53,138 nucleotides of DNA from the NCBI GenBank assembly GCA_026026165.1, contig JAPEUD010000108.1, forward strand, positions 1 to 53,138. The letters are read 5' to 3'. Under the pieces are notes generated by a model. The model did no database searches and was not told the DNA's origin. It was given only the letters and a program-made list of their open reading frames with translations. The translations under genes and the position numbers were made by a program. Shown in pieces: positions 50,010 through 53,138 of this stretch (its first letter is position 1; each line of letters begins with the position of its first letter). Source of the stretch: Sarea resinae. Lineage: Eukaryota.

Positions 50010-53000
50010 CCTCTACCCCCCTCTTTTTCCTAGAAACTGCTAGGCAGTCTAGTAGTTTCTGATAACCTAGCTTATCGTGGCTGGCGGTGAATAACTACCC
50101 TAGCTGCAAAGCGACAGCTTTGTGGCAGCACATATGCTTAAAGGGCTTCTGCATCCTTAGCAGTGATTTCATTGTTGTTATCTCCTGTATCACTATCGAT
50201 TAGTGTTTCTTGCGAAGCTGGCGTGTTAGGGCTCTGCAGGGTGCGTGGTGACTAAGGGGTTTGTAGACTGCAAGGAGTAGTCAGACGTTAATCTTAATCA
50301 GGACTGCTAGGCGGCGGCGAAGAGGCTCTAGAGTCTGTCTCAGGCTGAATTCGCTGAACAAATAGCTTTAACCTGTTGCTATAAACTGTGCTAGCTAGGG
50401 GGCTGCTATCTAGCTCTTCTAATTTGTGCGTTCCTCTGTCTAGGTCTACCCACGTGACCTAATAGGGTCCTATCTAGCGAAAGGCGAGCTTTGACGTGTA
50501 ATTGTTGTCCAGCTTAGTATCGTGTAACAATACTATATTCCTAACCATAAAGGGTGTTTGACAGAGCTAATAAGAGTCGTCGAATAACTCCTTATTTTCT
50601 TCTTAGATTCTTTGTAGGTAGAGCTGTGTGTTCTTAAGGTCCTTAGTACAGCGTTCTAGTTGACGAGCTTAAAGAGCTAAGAGGTTAGCAGTGCTGCGCA
50701 CTAAACCCTAATCCAGTATATGCTATGTAGGAAGTCTGAGCTTAATAGGAAGGACAGCATCATAGCTATATAAAACTTTGTACAGTGTCTTGCTAGTGCT
50801 AGCACGAACAGTGGTTCGATCCGCCTATAAGACTGCAAGAAGGTGTTCGACCCAATTATTTCTGCCGCCTTCTGTCAATTTAGATAAAGCATTAACAATA
50901 GAGGTATAGCCCCTTTCCACGAGTCTATTTGCCTGAGAGTGATAAGCAGAGACAACTGCATGATTGATCTTATACTTTTCAGCGAGAATTTCCACAGCGC
51001 GTTTATTCTCTAGTCCTCTGTCTGTAACAAGTTTCTAGAAACATCTGTGTCGACAGATAACATCCTCCTAGAGGAACTTTGCAACTGATTCTAAGGTCGC
51101 ATTAGTCAGCGCCCTTGCTTTAACCTATCTAGAGAAATCATCGCGAGCCACTATAATATTTTTCTTCTGATTGCACTGCGGCATGTGAATCATGTCTAGT
51201 CTGATTTTCTCAAAGCATGCAAAGGACTATGTAGAGTGTAAGGCTTCTTCTTGCTGATTTAGCTTCCTCTGTTAACATTCCGCGCAGCTGCGAACATACT
51301 GTGCAACCTTAGGGAACAGTTTCAGCCACTAGTATTTGTCTGCAATCCTTTAGTAGGTTCCTTCCTAGCCTCTGTGTCCACTATTATCATGCGCTTCTTT
51401 AAGGACTTGACAGCGATCTTGTTCTTTATCCACAACTCTTTAGAGAGGCATGTTCTTTAAGGCTCTCTTAAACAGATAGCGGTCGCGTACAAGGAATTTG
51501 ACCGCATAGTTTTTAAAGTGTCGAAATTCCTTGCTATCTATATCTTCTAGACGGTCTAGATGTATGAGCTAGCGCGCGATCCGTTCTGATTCTTTAGAGT
51601 AGAGTCCTTCTTTAAGGACAGGTCCTGCATCTCCTTCCACTGATATAGGAAAAACTCTCACAGGATATAGCTCAGCATCGATGACGTTGTCTATGTCTAC
51701 TTTATTTTCTATTTCGACTAGGTCTTCTGCTGTTGCAGGTTGTCTAGACAGGCTGTCCGCGGCACTGTGTTTCTGTCTAGGGACATAGCAGACTATGAAG
51801 TCAAATAGCTGTATCTAGGCTAGCCAGCGCGTAACTAATGCTCTAGGGAGGTCTGATGCTAGCATGTTTAGTTGAGCCACAAGCGTATTAGCATCTGATT
51901 CCACTGTAAATTCTTGGCTGTACAAATAGACTTGTACTTTCTTTAACGCTTTAAGTAGTCCTTAGCATTCTCGCTTCCTAGCATCATACTTCTTTTCGGC
52001 ATCGTTCTACAGACCACTTTCAAACCAGATAGGGTGTCGCTTTCTAGTATGTAGGTTGATCTGCATTAGCACTGCTCTCTAACCTAACAAGCTTGCGTTA
52101 ACAGCTAGGATTATCTCTCCTCCTTCTAGTCTATAGACTATTGTAACAAGCGCGGGTGCAGAAGTCAGAGCGTACTTTAGCTAGTCTATAGCGAAAATCT
52201 GGTCTTGTCCCTAGGTAAAATCGACATCCTTCTTAAATAGGATAAATATTGGTCTGGCTATAATCGCGAAGTCCTCGATAAAAATTCGATAGTAGACGCA
52301 AATTCTAATAAAGGCCTAGGCTTCTGTGACGTTCTTACATTCTAGCCATTCGACAATTTTTAGGACCTTAGTGCTGTCAGGATGCCTGCTGTCTAAGTCG
52401 CATACATATCCGACTATTTTTATGCCACCTATGCCGAACTGTGACTTTTCTCTAGAAACTGTGCATCCTGACCGCTCGATGTCAACAAGGACCTTGTCTA
52501 GTGCCTGAATATGTTCCGCTATAAAGCGCCTTATGCCAGGTAGGATCTCCTCATTGTTGTAATTTGTCTTCAGCCCTTTTACGCCGATATCGTCAAGGAA
52601 CGGCCTAGCTAGTCTTGGTATATAGTCGGCTAAGATTTTAGTAACAATCCTTACAAACTGTGCCACTGAGTTAGTTGCCCCTTGTAGTAAGGTAGTCTGA
52701 CGTAGCAAGCCAAGTGGTGTTATAAACGCGGTCAAATCTTAGCAATGCTCTGCTAACTCGATTTGGTCGTATCTAGAGAAGAAATCAATCAAGGAGGCCA
52801 CCTGCATTCCTGCAAATTCCTCTGAAAACTCCTCTACTAACAGTAGGAGGTTTGCATCTTGTATCGTGACCTTGTTGATTGCTATTGCTGCATTTACCAT
52901 GCGATATTTTCCGGATTTCTTCTTCACTAGGAACCAGGGGTTTCGGTAAGGCCTATGGCAGGGTTTAAGGAGACTATTCTTAAGCCTTTCTTAAAGCATC

Positions 53001-53138
53001 TCGATAATCGTTTCAGTCAGTGCCTGCAGAACCAAGAAGCTGCTCGCCTGCTATGCCTTATGTAGAATAGTTCAGATCTCTTGCAGAGGCGCAACCTTAG
53101 GACAAACCCTTCCAATTTCTGAGAACTCCTATGCCAGT
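49879..53138 (-). mobile_element. Ty3/Gypsy LTR retrotransposon, RIP-degraded pol (RT, RNase H, integrase), truncated by the window edge
   Basis: Domain order RT (YDQI, TAFITPLG, FLDDI), RNase H (LAV(D)AS, ESDANTL), integrase (HDNSGHRG...CAEC, RDDFS, SAYHSQAN.LVERG, GPY), with numerous TAG stops. Confidence 0.95.

Overview
This is filamentous ascomycete (Pezizomycotina-type) genomic DNA: short GT-AG introns with CTRAY branch points and a RIP-like mutation signature. Bases 1 to ~39,880 are a gene-dense block: an F-box gene with an in-frame TGA, a PAR32/DUF3602 gene, a six-exon conserved hypothetical gene with a 9-nt microexon, a calponin-homology (SCP1-like) gene, NDUFAF2-like, DUF427, ISW2, a HAPSTR1-like gene, DUF4536/DMAC1-like, APM3, ARP1, an intronless NEK-like kinase, a Kv-beta aldo-keto reductase, NCE102 and SNF1, separated by microsatellite-dense spacers. 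From ~39,890 to the end the DNA is AT-shifted and full of transition-derived stops, so the ORF track misses it. Reading through the stops by hand gives four things: (i) a DUF6589/Academ-like DDE transposase, (ii) a convergent spliced gene with a Cys6 zinc-cluster-like motif, the pair flanked by a 10-bp direct repeat, (iii) a frameshift-free 1,079-codon ORF with a CxC...CxxH motif and a PhyH-like 2OG-Fe(II) dioxygenase domain, preceded by a ~27-bp-period CCAAT array, and (iv) a Ty3/Gypsy pol with PPT and 3' LTR. The best candidate for a new system is a DNA transposon, or nested pair, carrying a dioxygenase and a zinc-cluster protein. All family assignments come from motif recognition by eye, with no database search.
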